Notes under the pieces: generated by a model | Told to the model about the DNA's origin: nothing | Database searches by the model: none | The model's input: the letters and a program-made list of their open reading frames with translations, nothing else | From: Octopus bimaculoides | Taxonomy: Eukaryota | NCBI RefSeq assembly: GCF_001194135.2 | Contig: NC_068996.1 | Coordinates: 36,809,653-36,873,652, forward strand | Direction: 5' to 3' | Length of the DNA stretch: 64,000 nt | Program-made: the position numbers and the translations under genes | Shown here: positions 37,410 to 51,560 of the stretch, one piece after another | How positions within the stretch are numbered: position 1 is the first letter of the stretch | Layout: each line of letters starts with the position of its first letter

Positions 37410-38225
37410 TATATACCCCACATTCCCTTCCCAGTTTTCAGAGTTGGCACTGTCAATGTAGGCACACTGAAAGGTAGGTCTAGTGAGATTGTAGAGATGC
37501 TTGAAAGGAGACGGGTCGATGTAACATGGGCTGTGACTGCTGAAGACATGCGTAGGCTCGAAAGAAATGAAGCTAGCATGATCCACTGGATGTGTAATAT
37601 CAGTGTGCACACACAACAGAGTATAAGCACCCTGAGAGAAATGTTAGACATAAGAAGCATCAGATGTGGAGTGCAAGAGAGATGTTTTCATTGGTATGAT
37701 CATGTACTGCGGATAGACGAGAAGACCCAGCAAATAAAGTGAGTCCACAGCTGTAACCTACACCAGCATCGCATAACCAGCCCACTCAAAAGTACCTTGG
37801 ATCATAGGGCGACATGCCGTGCTTGAGGAGACTTATTGAGTCAAGTACATCAACATCAATATCAAAATCAAATCAAATCAAATTATAATCAAATGGAAAT
37901 TGTAGTTGTGACCCTCGTGCTGGTAGCATGTAAAAAGCACCATCTGAATGTGGCCAATGCCAGTGTCGCCTTGACTGGCATCCGTGCCGGTGGTACATAA
38001 AAAGCACCATCCGATTGTGGTTGATGCTAGCACCTCTGGCCCCTGTGCCAGTGGCACTTAAAAAAGCACCTGCTACACTCTTGGAGTGGTTGGCATTAGG
38101 AAGGGCATCCAGCTGTAGAAACACTGCCAGATCAGATTGGGGCCTGGTGCAGCCTCCTGGCTTCCCAGACCCGTCAAACCGTCCAACCCATGCCAGCATG
38201 GAAAACAGACGTTAAATGATGATGA
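37410..38225 (+). mobile_element. Internally deleted RTE derivative: endonuclease N-terminus fused to post-RT C-terminus, then 3'UTR and (ATG)n tail
   Basis: One frame reads 'FRVGTVNVGTLKGRSSEIVEMLERRRVDV|TWAVTAEDMRRLERNEASMIHWMCNISV...GVQERCFHWYDHVLRIDE|KTQQIK*'; junction at 37523/37524. Confidence 0.8.
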
Positions 38226-38493
38226 GAATGATATATATATATATATCCATGTCCATGTATGCATACATCATACAAGGCTGTACGTATATACAATACACCA
38301 TACTATATTCATCATACTGGCCACATATCATACCAGGTTGTACACACACACACACACACCATACAATATGCATAGCATCTAAGACTGATCAGTATACACT
38401 CTAATTTACACTCATCTTATATCAGACTGAACAACATATACACATCATACAAGGCTGCAGGATGTGCATACACATAAACATTATACAAGCATG

Positions 38494-38543
<50 letters not shown>

Positions 38544-39822
38544 GTATATATAACATTGTGAAATTCACACATCACAAGTCTGTAAAAAAGGCATATCATG
38601 TCCAAACACCTTGTTCATGATGGAAATGCACATGCATACACGCATACGCACACACACACACACACATGTGCACACATGCACACACACCACATCACATCAC
38701 ATACACCACCTAATAATAAACCTCTATATGGTTTGCTCAACCAGCTAAAACTTACAACCAAATCTCTCTCAAACCACAGCAAACTACATGCTTCTGGGTC
38801 CAGTCCCACTGTGTGGCACCTTGGGCAAATGTCTTTTATTATAGCCTTGTGCCAACCAAAGCCGTGTGAGTGGATTTGGTACACAGAAACTGAAAGAAGA
38901 CCATCTTAAAAAGGACACAAAGTAATGTGGTCCTGGATATAACCTGAAAATAAGATGAGATGGTCTNNNNNNNNNNNNNNNNNNNNNNNNNNNNNNNNNN
39001 NNNNNNNNNNNNNNNNNNNNNNNNNNNNNNNNNNNNNNNNNNNNNNNNNNNNNNNNNNNNNNNNNNNNNNNNNNNNNNNNNNNNNNNNNNNNNNNNNNNN
39101 NNNNNNNNNNNNNNNNNNNNNNNNNNNNNNNNNNNNNNNNNNNNNNNNNNNNNNNNNNNNNNNNNNNNNNNNNNNNNNNNNNNNNNNNNNNNNNNNNNNN
39201 NNNNNNNNNNNNNNNNNNNNNNNNNNNNNNNNNNNNNNNNNNNNNNNNNNNNNNNNNNNNNNNNNNNNNNNNNNNNNNNNNNNNNNNNNNNNNNNNNNNN
39301 NNNNNNNNNNNNNNNNNNNNNNNNNNNNNNNNNNNNNNNNNNNNNNNNNNNNNNNNNNNNNNNNNNNNNNNNNNNNNNNNNNNNNNNNNNNNNNNNNNNN
39401 NNNNNNNNNNNNNNNNNNNNNNNNNNNNNNNNNNNNNNNNNNNNNNNNNNNNNNNNNNNNNNNNNNNNNNNNNNNNNNNNNNNNNNNNNNNNNNNNNNNN
39501 NNNNNNNNNNNNNNNNNNNNNNNNNNNNNNNNNNNNNNNNNNNNNNNNNNNNNNNNNNNNNNNNNNNNNNNNNNNNNNNNNNNNNNNNNNNNNNNNNNNN
39601 NNNNNNNNNNNNNNNNNNNNNNNNNNNNNNNNNNNNNNNNNNNNNNNNNNNNNNNNNNNNNNNNNNNNNNNNNNNNNNNNNNNNNNNNNNNNNNNNNNNN
39701 NNNNNNNNNNNNNNNNNNNNNNNNNNNNNNNNNNNNNNNNNNNNNNNNNNNNNNNNNNNNNNNNNNNNNNNNNNNNNNNNNNNNNNNNNNNNNNNNNNNN
39801 NNNNNNNNNNNNNNNNNNNNNN

Positions 39823-39869
<47 letters not shown>

Positions 39870-42800
39870 GCTTTTTTCAGTTTCCGTCTACCAAATCCAC
39901 TCACAAGGTTTTGGTTGGCCTAGAGCTATAGTAGAAGACACTTGCCCAAGGTGTCACGCAGTGGGCCTGAACCTAGAACCACGTGGTTGGAAAGCAAGCT
40001 TCCTACCATACAGCCACTCCTGCATTTAACAATTTCCAGATTACCTGCATACATTAATATGATAACTGTTAACACATTTTTTTTCACCTCTTGACCCAAA
40101 CTCAATTCTGGGATTACCAAACCACATATACTGAATCTCAAAGAATTGTATTTACTATGTCCAACCCATTTTACTTTTATCCTTGACTGTGGCCATGCTG
40201 GAGCACCACCTTGAACCTTTTTTGTTGAAGAAATTGACCCCAGGACTTATTCTATGTAAGCCTAGTACTTATTCTATCACTTTCTTTTGTCGAACAGCTA
40301 AGTTACAGAAACGTTAAGACACCAACATCAGTTGTCAGGTGATGATGGGAGGGCAAACAGACAAGCATACACACACACGCGTGCATAAGATGAGTTTCTT
40401 TCAGTTTCCATCTACCAAATCCACTTACACGACGGCTTTGGTTGGCACGAGGCTATAGTAAAAGACATTTGCCCAAGGTACCACACCGTGGGACTGAACC
40501 TGCATCTATGAATATTGACTATTTTACTAAATTCTTCATTATTTTCAAAATTAATTAGTACAAAGGCAGTGTATATCAACAGATATATGGTAACAAAATG
40601 GTTAAATAAATCAGCCAAGTCATGCACATCAGATATTAGAGCAGGCTGAATTAGTCTAATATGTACTACATCTAAAGGTCACACCCAATCATTCTAGCAA
40701 TCATCTCTGGGCAACAGTTTTGCTTAAGCAGGGCTGATGTTTTGGAGTATGTGTTGAGATTTCTTTCCATGATTTCAGAGTACATACGGTGTGAGTTGTA
40801 TAAGTCGCATGCAGATGACACTTGGGAACGGAAGGTTAGGAGGAATGAAGTGAGTTATCATTTGTGTAGGTATGAGTGATTAAATGAAAGTGACAGAAAA
40901 TAAGCTGTTGATGTATACGAGAAAGAATAGGAGGAACCAAATCTGGGGTACACCAGGGTTGACAGGACAGAGAACTCCACTGGAAAATGGTGCTATCTGA
41001 GAGAGAGAGAGAGAGATGTGTATATACACATGGCTACATGTGTGCTAAAGTATTATGAAAGTAATTGGAACTTCTATATATCATAATGACCTATATTCCA
41101 TTTGGAACGCAATCACATCCAACATTCACGTGGAAAATGGTAGAAGAGTGGCAGAAATGATAATGTGCCAAAATAAATACTTTGAAATATTTAGTTTCAT
41201 TCCCTGCCATATTGTCAGTGTTAATTCTGCCAAATTCAACTTAACATCTCAATTCAGAGTACCACTCATTCAAGGCATTGTTCTTCCAGGTGTAAATACA
41301 TGTACCAGTCATGAACACTTATACAACTAACTTGGCCTCACATATCAAAAATCAATATACACATGAATAACCAACACCTGTTATTTGTCATCAACAGTCA
41401 CAGTTGGTATTTAATTACTTTAATTACGTGTTTTTATTTACATTTGTTTGCTGTGGTGGTTTTGTGGGGTTTTTTCTGCTTGTTTTTTTTTGTTTTGTTT
41501 TTTTGGACATAAGTTACAATATTTTGACAAAGGTGTGAGCTTGTGAGTTCCAGTGCCATGTAAAAGTACCTGTACCGATGCTGCATAAAAGCACCCAGTA
41601 CATTCTGTAAAATGGCTGGCATTACGAAGGGTATCCAGCCATAGAAACCATACCAAAACAGACAGCTGGCCACTCCTGTCAAACCATCTAACACAGGCCA
41701 GCATGGAAAGCAAATGTTAAATGATGATGATGATGATGATGAAATCAAGGAAGTTGAAAAATAGAGGCAAGTGCTAAAAGGATGCCTATGTTAGGACAAC
41801 TATCAATTCACAGCTGCAGGTAGAATTGTCAGTGCCGTAAGGTATACTGTATAGTATACGTTCTGATCCTGAGCATTTTAAATTCAAAACCTGCCTCTAG
41901 TCACAAGACAAATAAATAAATAAATAAATAAATAAAACCTGCAATACTTCTGGGAGGAGTGGCAGCCATTATATAGTTTCAGCAATTAAATGATAAAAAA
42001 AAAAAACTGTCTCCAGGAAATTGTTGGAAGCCACTTAAAAGCAAGCCTGTCTGGCTCAAGAGAGAGGACAAGGGATACAGCAAATATGAGCATTGAGGAT
42101 GGTAGAAACATGTGGCCCAGAGTCACAGTATCTGACTCAACAAAGCTCATGGTATTGTGTTGCAGTTTTGTCACCTACATTGGTGAGTGGCCCTGGGTAG
42201 CTCTGATATCACGATGAAGCATGCCAAAACATCTACAGAGCTGCTTCACTGCTTGATGACACATCTACTACTACATTTGGAAACAGAGAACAACAGCACC
42301 CTCAGCACACAACAGCAACCTCAGCACCCTCAGTGTTTGCCCTAAGTATGTGTAATTATACAAATATCTGTGTGATATCTATGTTTTGTGGTAAATTAGC
42401 AAATATCTATGGCACCACGCAAAAGCACCCAGCACATACTGTAAAGTGGTTGGCATTAGGAAGGGCATCCAGCCATAGAAACCTCGCCTCACAACAGTTG
42501 CAGTCTGATGTAGCTCCCCAGCTTACCAGCTGTGGTCAAACCATCTAACTCATGCTAGCATGAACAACAGACATTAAATGAAGAGGAGGAGGAGGAGGAG
42601 GTGAGCTAATTGTTTTTAATTTTCTAGCAAGAAAGGTTTAAGTATAAAGAAAATTAATGCTGTACACACCCATTAAACCAAATAGAATGTAAACCTATAC
42701 AAAGTTGTGTTATCTTTCTTTTCTTAATATATAATATCGACAAAAAAATAATAATAATAAAACGAAAATCAATTATTTTCTTTCTTTTCAGCCTTTTACA

Positions 42801-44666
42801 ATAAACACGTTGCCATGATCAAGTAGGCCTACGATTAAAAGTATTGTATATCAAAGACTGAAGATGATTCCTTTGTTAACTTACCACTAAACATTACTGA
42901 GTAAATACTATACATATATATTCACACACACACACGTACATATAGAATTATATATTCATTTGTTTGTTTTTACATGCTAGCATAGGTTAGACAAAATAGA
43001 TTGAACTCTTCTTCCATGGCTGGATGCCCATCCTGTTGCTAACCCTTACCTGCTTTTCCCAAGTAAAGGATATCTTATTTCACCCATCTTCAAAGATAAG
43101 GCACTAATCAATGGATGACCCAAAAACAATTGAAAAGAAAGCAACATCACTGCCCACAGCTGACCAAATGTCAGAGATGAGCCTTATATAAAAACACACA
43201 CACACACATATGAAGAGTTTCTTTCAGTTTCTATCATGAAATTCACCCACAAGGTTTTGGTTGGCCTAGGGCTATAGAAGAAGGAACTTCCCTCAACCAC
43301 GTGGTGGGGGAGTGAAGTCCTTACCCAAATACTCTGTAATCACACACTCAGCTGTTGCTGGTGGATAGGTTTCCATGTTGTGTGTGTGTGTGTGTNNNNN
43401 NNNNNNNNNNNNNNNNNNNNNNNNNNNNNNNNNNNNNNNNNNNNNNNNNNNNNNNNNNNNNNNNNNNNNNNNNNNNNNNNNNNNNNNNNNNNNNNNNNNN
43501 NNNNNNNNNNNNNNNNNNNNNNNNNNNNNNNNNNNNNNNNNNNNNNNNNNNNNNNNNNNNNNNNNNNNNNNNNNNNNNNNNNNNNNNNNNNNNNNNNNNN
43601 NNNNNNNNNNNNNNNNNNNNNNNNNNNNNNNNNNNNNNNNNNNNNNNNNNNNNNNNNNNNNNNNNNNNNNNNNNNNNNNNNNNNNNNNNNNNNNNNNNNN
43701 NNNNNNNNNNNNNNNNNNNNNNNNNNNNNNNNNNNNNNNNNNNNNNNNNNNNNNNNNNNNNNNNNNNNNNNNNNNNNNNNNNNNNNNNNNNNNNNNNNNN
43801 NNNNNNNNNNNNNNNNNNNNNNNNNNNNNNNNNNNNNNNNNNNNNATATATATATATATATATATATATATAAACATCATTGTCGTCATCATTGGCATGG
43901 GTTGGATGATTTTACAAGATCCAATGAGTCCAAGGACTGCACTGTGCTCCAGGGTCTGTTTAGACATAGTTTCTATGCCAACCATTTTGTAGCATGCACT
44001 GGGTGTTTTTTTTTTTTTTACATGCCACCAACACTAGTGAGGGTGCCATGCAACTTACAAGACCACAACATCCCAGGTGGGGGAGAGCAGTAGTTATGTG
44101 AGGAGATGAAGGTATAGAATATGAGTAGAGGAAAAGAGGGAGGGGGAAAGAAGGAAGGAGAAAGGAAGGTAGGGGGAAAGCAGGTTCTAGTCAAGAAGCT
44201 ACATGGTTACTCACTTTTATGAGAAAAAGTAAAGGTTACAAGTTCAAGTAGCTACTCAAGGTATGAATATAAATGATGACCTCTTATTTTCAACAGCATA
44301 AACATACAAAAAGAGTTCAGGTAAGCCAACTGAATAATGAGGTTGATAAGTAAATAAATTTTCTTATGAAGGTGTTACTCCCCTTCCCGATTACAACTAT
44401 TCGTTTCACAAAAGAGTTTATTTTTACAAGAAAATAATGTAGTAAAGGAGAAAAATAGCATAAAAGTGTGGTGTGTAGCTAACACAGAAATAAGTAATAC
44501 ATTTCTTATTTCTACAAATAAGGACATAAAACATGCTAAATACTTTTGCCTTGCTTTAAGCTATCAACTCTTTGAAATTGTAAGGATGCCATCCTGAAAT
44601 ATGGTGAGTCATGGACATTTTTATAATCCAGGTCTGATCACAGCTGGTTTGTTCTGTGTGTGTGTA

Positions 44667-44750
<84 letters not shown>

Positions 44751-46804
44751 ATCAACCCCAATACAAGACTGGTACTTTATCAACCTTGTAAAGATGAAAA
44801 GTAAAATTAACCTTGTTATGATTTGAACTTAAAATGCAGATTGTTGGAACAATAAAGCAGCCTATCCAATTAGCAGATCAACAAAGGCAATCCAACCATG
44901 ACCAGCCCATCTTTTCATCAGACAGATAAAGGCTAAAATTACATTACCCAAGAAGTCCAACATTAAGAGAGTAGTGCAATAGTTTCCAAACTATTATTAT
45001 ATCTTATATCTTCTGATTTCAGTCCTCAAAGGGTTTAAGTCCAATGAATTGACCCCAGTACTTATTTCTTTTTAAGTCTGGTACTTATTCTATTGGTCTC
45101 TTTTACTGAATCACAAAGTGACAGGGATGAGGAAACAAAAAGCCAACACCAGTTGTCAAGCATTGGTAAGGGACACACACACACACATAATTTGTAATAA
45201 TGAAGTCAAACCAAATAGTGATATTTTGAAATCATTTAATATGTATATTTCACACACACACACACACAAAGAAATATGACTGGTGACTGTTGGCATTGCT
45301 ACAATAGGTTTCTTTCAGTTTCCATCTATTAAATCTACTCAGAAAGTTTTGGTCAACTTATAAAATATAAAGTCAGTTTCTTGAGTCATGCTGACTTGTA
45401 AGGGTCGGTTTCCTGGTTTCCATGGTGTATAAATTCCCCATCTGGACGGGATGTTGGTCCATCACAAGATTACTCAATTTTGCCAGGTGAGTGGACTGCA
45501 GCAATGTGAAATGAAGTATTTTGCTCAAGAACACAACTTGTTGCCCAGTCCAGGGATTGAAACCAGAATCTTATGATCATAAGTCCAACACCCTAACCAC
45601 TAAGCCATGCATCTCCACAGTGGTCAGCCTGGAGCAACAGTAGAAGACACTTGCCCAATGTGCCATGCAGTGGAATTGAGCCCAGAATCATGAGATTAGA
45701 AAGCAAACTTCTTACCACAAAACCACATCTTTCAATGCGTCATGGAATTAATTCAAATCTAAATTAACTTTTACAATTGTTTAGTCATGAAATACATTGC
45801 AGATCTCACAATACCATATCATGTGACTGGTGATACAAGATATATGTTTGATTATAAATTTCGTGTCACTAACAAAACAATGCATTACAAAAGATATTAC
45901 TTTTAAAATGCATTGTTGCCAATGTAAAAAAACATTTTCAAATGTCCTGAACTGGATTGATTTCATTTGACAGACTTGGCTGTTATTTATACCCCATTTA
46001 TTATCTGCACCCCCCCCCCCATTGACATCTACAAGTTTTCATAACAGCTACACTAACACAGGCATACCTCAACTTATGTTGGTGATCAGCTCCAAGCCAT
46101 AAAAATGATGTAGCACGCAAAAATACTTTTAAATGTTTATTAGCTTGTATCTGTTTTAATAAATGGATTGTACGTATTTTTACATGTACTTTATTTGAGT
46201 GTCTTCTTCAGCATTGGTTTTCAGGTGGTTTTTCTTTCTTTTTTATTTTCCTGCTTTTAAATATGTTTACTGAGATGTAAAGCTGAATAAAATGACTGAA
46301 GTTGAGACTTATTCTTTTTCTATTAATTTCTTTAAAAAATACAGCATAAAATGAAAAAGATGTAACTAAAAACATCCAAATGGAAACTTAACTAAAGAGA
46401 AATATGTTTACACCTTGTAATAATACATAAATTTTCCTAAGTTCAAAACTTTGGAAATAACTTTGATTACAAGAACACATCTAACAGCAACATGGCTAAA
46501 CAGAGATACAAATGAGTGAAGAAATAAACCAAATTTGCTATTAATATCTGAATGGTAAGCACATTCAAAAGACATTCAGTTTATTTATTGTTCTGTTCTA
46601 CACTATCAAAGAACTAAATATAGTTGTAATATATAAAAAGACTGGTATGCTAGTTAAGTGTTTGCCAAACTAACTAAATTTTGCTGGCACATACAGCTTA
46701 ACTTTAAGAAGTAAACAAAAGAAGAGACACAGTTACAAGGATCTTAACTAAATATCACATCATATTTAAAAATAATAATCAAAAACTATCTAACAGCACA
46801 GATT

Positions 46805-46856
<52 letters not shown>
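46805..46856. repeat. (ACT)n trinucleotide microsatellite
   Basis: About 17 perfect units. Confidence 0.99.
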
Positions 46857-46858
<2 letters not shown>

Positions 46859-47071
46859 GAGTGAACTTCAAATGTTGAAGTAACATTATAAAGTCAAAAA
46901 AAAAAAATTCTCAATACTGACTCTCAAATATGAAAATGACAAAACTAAATTTTATCAACCCTGAGAAGACAAAATGCAATGTTGACCTTGGCAGAATTCA
47001 ATAACAAGAGTGTAAAAGTACTAAGACATAATAAACTTAAAAAGACAATTTTAACTTCTCATGAACAAAGA

Positions 47072-47388
47072 GGATCTAGGACTTTTTGTCTAAAACACTT
47101 TGGTCTAATGCGCTATGATCTAAAGCAACACTATAGTCTGAAGACATTTTTGTCTAAATGCCCTTTAGTATAAAGACTAACTTTTGTTTAAATTCACTTT
47201 GTTCTAAGAACTATTTTGTCTATAGAAGCTCAAAAAAAAAAAAAAATGTAAAAGATCTAAATAACTATACTTTAATAATCTGTTTTGTCTTTTGACGAAA
47301 ATACTTAAATGAAAGTGTCTTTAGGCAAAAATGCTTTTAAGACCAAAGTGTCTTAGACTAAAGTGGTTTAGACCAACATGCCGTATCC
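47072..47388. mobile_element. Foldback/MULE-like non-autonomous element with inverted arrays of ~15-bp subterminal repeats
   Basis: About 9 units of core TTGGTCTAA (15-16 nt period) on the left and about 5-6 units in opposite orientation on the right; GGAT.../...ATCC termini; flanks gaacaaaga / caacaaaag may be a decayed TSD. Confidence 0.6.
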
Positions 47389-48261
47389 CAACAAAAGCAA
47401 CCACCACAATTCAACATGCTTTGTCTGCAAAATTAACAGCATTCTAAGTTGCCAAATTCCTAAACCTATCTTTCAAACCAATTTGGAATTCAGCATTGTA
47501 GTTACAAGTTAAAGCTTCTAAGTTCAAATCCTGCTAGTAATAAAGGCTATCAGTTAAGTAGTAGGGTCTGATTATATCAACTATGTCTTTGAAATCTGAG
47601 GTCATGTACCAAAATTTAGAACTCGTATAATTATCATTGCTCAAATCCACAGTTTCAAATCTAGCCAAAGTCAACTTTGTTTTTCATCCTTTCAGAGTTG
47701 ATAAAACAACGTAGCAGTTAAATATTGATCAACTAAACCCTAACTCCATATTTCAGGTATACACACATATATTATATAGTAGCTTAAAATGGCAATTTTT
47801 AAGCTAGCTCCTGTGGAGGGCTCTTCATTGGGCCTTGGGCCCAACAATGACACTTCATGCATTGAGTACATATTAAACTTGACCAATATTTTTCAAGAAA
47901 TGAACAATTTTCATTAAAACAATGATATAATATATCAACTTGGAACTTATTGCAAAGCTGCATGATTAACAACATTTTTCTGTCTTCTCATTCAGGGGTC
48001 AGTACCATATTTTTTCTATCTAACTTTTCTCACTCTCTCTCTCTCTCTCTCTCTCCCCTTTTCTATTGATTGTTTTCAACCATCACCATCACCAGTACCA
48101 CCACCATCGCCACCACCATCAATACCTTTGACTTTGTGTCTTCCCCTCCACCACCATCGTCACTGTCTTTCACATCGCTTACTATCAGTCATCCCTGACT
48201 GCCTCGGCTACCACCACCACCACCATCATCATCACTGTCACCTCCACCTCTGTCACAACTA

Positions 48262-48545
48262 CATCATCATCATCGATTAAAATCCGTTTTCCATGCTGAC
48301 ATGGGTTGGACGGTTTGACTGAGGTCTGGAGAGCCAGCGGCTGCACCAGGCTCCAATCTGGTCTGGCAGAGTTCCTACAGCTGGATGCCCTTCCTAACGC
48401 CAACCACTCCGAGAGTGTAGTGGGTGCTTTTTACGTGTCACCAGCACAGGAGCCAGTGAGGCAGGCCTGGCAATGATCATGTTCAGATGGTGCTTTTTAC
48501 ATGTCACCGGCACAGGAACCAGTAAAGGGGTACTGGCATTGGTCA
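48262..48545 (-). mobile_element. RTE-3'UTR/SINE-like copy
   Basis: Same conserved core and (CAT)n tail. Further partial copies lie at ~3265-3400, 7595-7720, 19250-19450, 21735-21790, 35490-35680, 41540-41740, 42410-42600, 43870-44040, 51615-51860, 53500-53650 and 58832-58900. Confidence 0.8.
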
Positions 48546-49577
48546 ACTCATACTATTACCATCACAACCGTCAATTTACTACTGCCCTCACTGTCTCTAT
48601 GCCTACTATTACTCTCACCCCAACATGAGGAATAGTAGAATTGTCATTGAATAATGAGAGGGGAGGGTCAAAGTGTGATACACTGGTACACAGAAATTCG
48701 TTTTGGCATTTATTATTACAGATGTGTGTGTGGAGAGAGGGGGTGAGTACATCATGGTATTAAACAGACTATTGAATGTTGTTATATACCGTGCGTAACA
48801 GTCCACTTCCTCAGATTATTTTGGCTTTCAAATAATGCCACCCTACTGGCTGGGTGGGCAGGCCAACATTCCCTGTGAATGGAATGCCAGTCCACCATTG
48901 AATCATCCATTTACAGCTAAGTAGACTAAAGCATCATGAAATGAAATATATTGCTCAAAAAACATAATTCACAGCCAGTCTGAGAACCAAACCCATGGTC
49001 TCACAATCATGAGTGCAACACCTTAACCACCAAGCCATGCACCAAAACACACATCTATGAAGTGCACATCACTTGTGTAGTATGTAAAAACAGACATACA
49101 TGCACATATAAATATTATCCATAAGATATAGACACATGCATATGGATGTATGCACTGTCGGTATATAAACTATATATATATATAGATAGATAGATAGAGA
49201 GATAGATAGATATATTAAACATGTTCATGGACACACATGTACAATTTTGAGGAAACTAGACAAAAAACATAAAATTAAAAAAGAAAACAGTAAATGTTTT
49301 TACTATTTAATATAAGCTGCACTGTAAAACTGTGCAAGAATCAAGAATTTCAAGAAGATTAACATTTACCTCTCTGTACAGTTGTTTGACCTACATATAT
49401 TGTAACTGAGCATCAACCTGATGTTAATCCAATCACATACGAAAGTGCAGATGATAGGAATGATCAGAAGGTATGATGATCTAATTTAAATCCATTGAAG
49501 ATTACTTTGAAAAGCAATACAAAATGGTTTCTTATCAAAATGACTTTAATCAAAACCAACAAGGGAGCCTCTAACTC

Positions 49578-50084
49578 AGACGTTCTCAATTGGAGTTCAT
49601 ATGAGATTTGGGGGGATCCACAAATAGTATTTTAACCCTTTAGCATTCAAACCAGTCATATCTGGCCCAAAATTTTCTACCTGTTTCACGTTCTCATTGG
49701 CTAGATTTGGCCTCTCACATCTACCTGAGAGTGTTATTCAAATCATAAACAATCACATCACAGAAATCTCTTGACTACAAGATAATGGATGATTAGTTCA
49801 AAACTGTGAATGAATATGCATAACACTTGAGAGAGTAATCTGAATGCTAAACGGTTAATGGTCCATGAAAAGTTTTGATTGGATGTATTTATAGCAAGAA
49901 ACAACTAAGCGTCTTTCTCTAATGTTTTACATACTTCTACCTACACAAGTTAATGTGTAGGAACTTTGAAAGAAGTGTGTATAAAACTAATTTCAAACAT
50001 CAAATGGCCATGGGGATCCACAGAATAAAATAGTAATCAAAGGGGTCCAATGATAAAAAATTAAAAAATGGTTGAGAACCACTG
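49578..50084. mobile_element. hAT-like MITE containing a nested piggyBac family-1 MITE (49636-49854)
   Basis: Outer ends 'cagacgttctcaa' and 'ggttgagaaccactg'; the inner MITE is flanked by TTAA at 49632-49635 and 49855-49858. Confidence 0.7.
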
Positions 50085-50379
50085 CTTTAACTAGTCACTT
50101 GACCTGCTAGAAATAGCAGTTAATTTACTTCGAGTTTTATTCTAAAAAGAACAAAGCACATTATACACCAAAATATAAAACAGATGAAATGTTTAGATTT
50201 AGAATGTCTTTCATTATAGATCTACTCAGTTAGGACTGACCTGAGGCTAAACAACAATAGCAATAGTTCTTTCATTTGTCTATTGTTGCCCTAACTTTCA
50301 AAATAAGTTTATGTCATCCTCAGATTAGTAATCAAGATTAAAAAAAAGTCATGCTGATCAGTTATCATAGATGAATATC

Positions 50380-51560
50380 CATTTAGGACTGACCACCTTA
50401 TTGGATTACATGAGTAGATCTAATCATAACACATGCCAGTAATGCTGGTATAAATCATGATCATTGTAGATTAAATTGTTGACACAGAAGTTAGCTATCA
50501 GTCCAAGATGTTACCAATAGTCACTCAGACAAATTTGGTCATTAGACAGGAACAATATCTTCAGTATGAAATCTATTAAACATCCAGCGGTTGTTAGCAA
50601 CAATCTTTGTAAACAAACATAACTTATTGTTCTGACTGAAACTAAATAAATCAAATCTTGTAAGTAAATATATTCAAAGCACCAATTTACCAAGTTCTTG
50701 AAGAACTATGGAGACCCATAATAAGCTAGAGCCAAATAGAAAGGTAAAACTGTATTGGGAACTAATTTAGATGCTGTTCCAATGGACATAGAGAACAGTA
50801 CTTAAATGTGGCAAAATTAGAAGACAATTAATTAAAATGGATCTTCTAATTACTGCCATGTATGGATCAAGTTCTTCAAATAATAAATCTGTCGGTCAGA
50901 TGTACTATCATAATACCAGGTGAAATTGCTAATAGTTCAGTAAGATATTGAATTTGGTTGATAAAACATGAACTTACTATCTTCAAGAAGAAACAGTTCT
51001 TTTTTTTTTTTAATGTTAGCGTCTACATTCAAGAAACCACCAAGTACATTCAGAATGGCTGTTTTCAATCATTGTTCCTGCCTTCAAAATGGGCTGAAGA
51101 ACATCATGTACAAACAATAGAGATATCAGATTACTATCTTTGCCCCTAAACTGCTCAACAACTTGAAAGACCTACTGTTATTTTTAAGAATAAAATGAAT
51201 TTCAACCAACCTAAGAATTTACTGACCATATTTTCAGATTTTGTCAACTGTCTCAGTAAAGACTCTTTCAAATGATTGCTTATACTTACTTTCATTAATG
51301 GAAAAGTGTATCCCTAAAGTTCCTGATTGTTGTCTAATATTTCTATTCCAATTCACAAGCAGTGTTTCTTTAAATTGTAACTTTCCCTACTCATTCTTTT
51401 TCAACTTTGTGAATCAATGCAATTATAACAATTCCTTCTCCCACTCAATGCTGTCTTATTTGACTCAGATCCCACTCATCTCAAATTATGAAGCACTGCA
51501 CACTTTTAAAGTAAATTGCTGTTTGAAGTACTGAGGAAATTCCCTTCAACCCTACTCCTA
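50380..51560 (+). mobile_element. Possible very old CR1/L2-like LINE remnant
   Basis: Only faint motif traces ('HVQTIE', 'DLLLFLRIK', and an 'FF..VN..N..P'-like 3' end); heavily decayed. Confidence 0.3.

Noticed and set aside
38906-39931. Long ORFs of 200-440 aa containing X runs (also 11.1-12.3, 22.5-23.9, 43.3-44.1, 52.9-53.4 kb)
   Set aside because: Length comes from N-gaps. Only the RLE segment at 23459-23790 and the RTE segment at 37410-37742 are meaningful.
44100-44185. Purine/G-run-rich stretch (possible G4)
   Set aside because: Irregular G-runs in low-complexity sequence; no supporting context.
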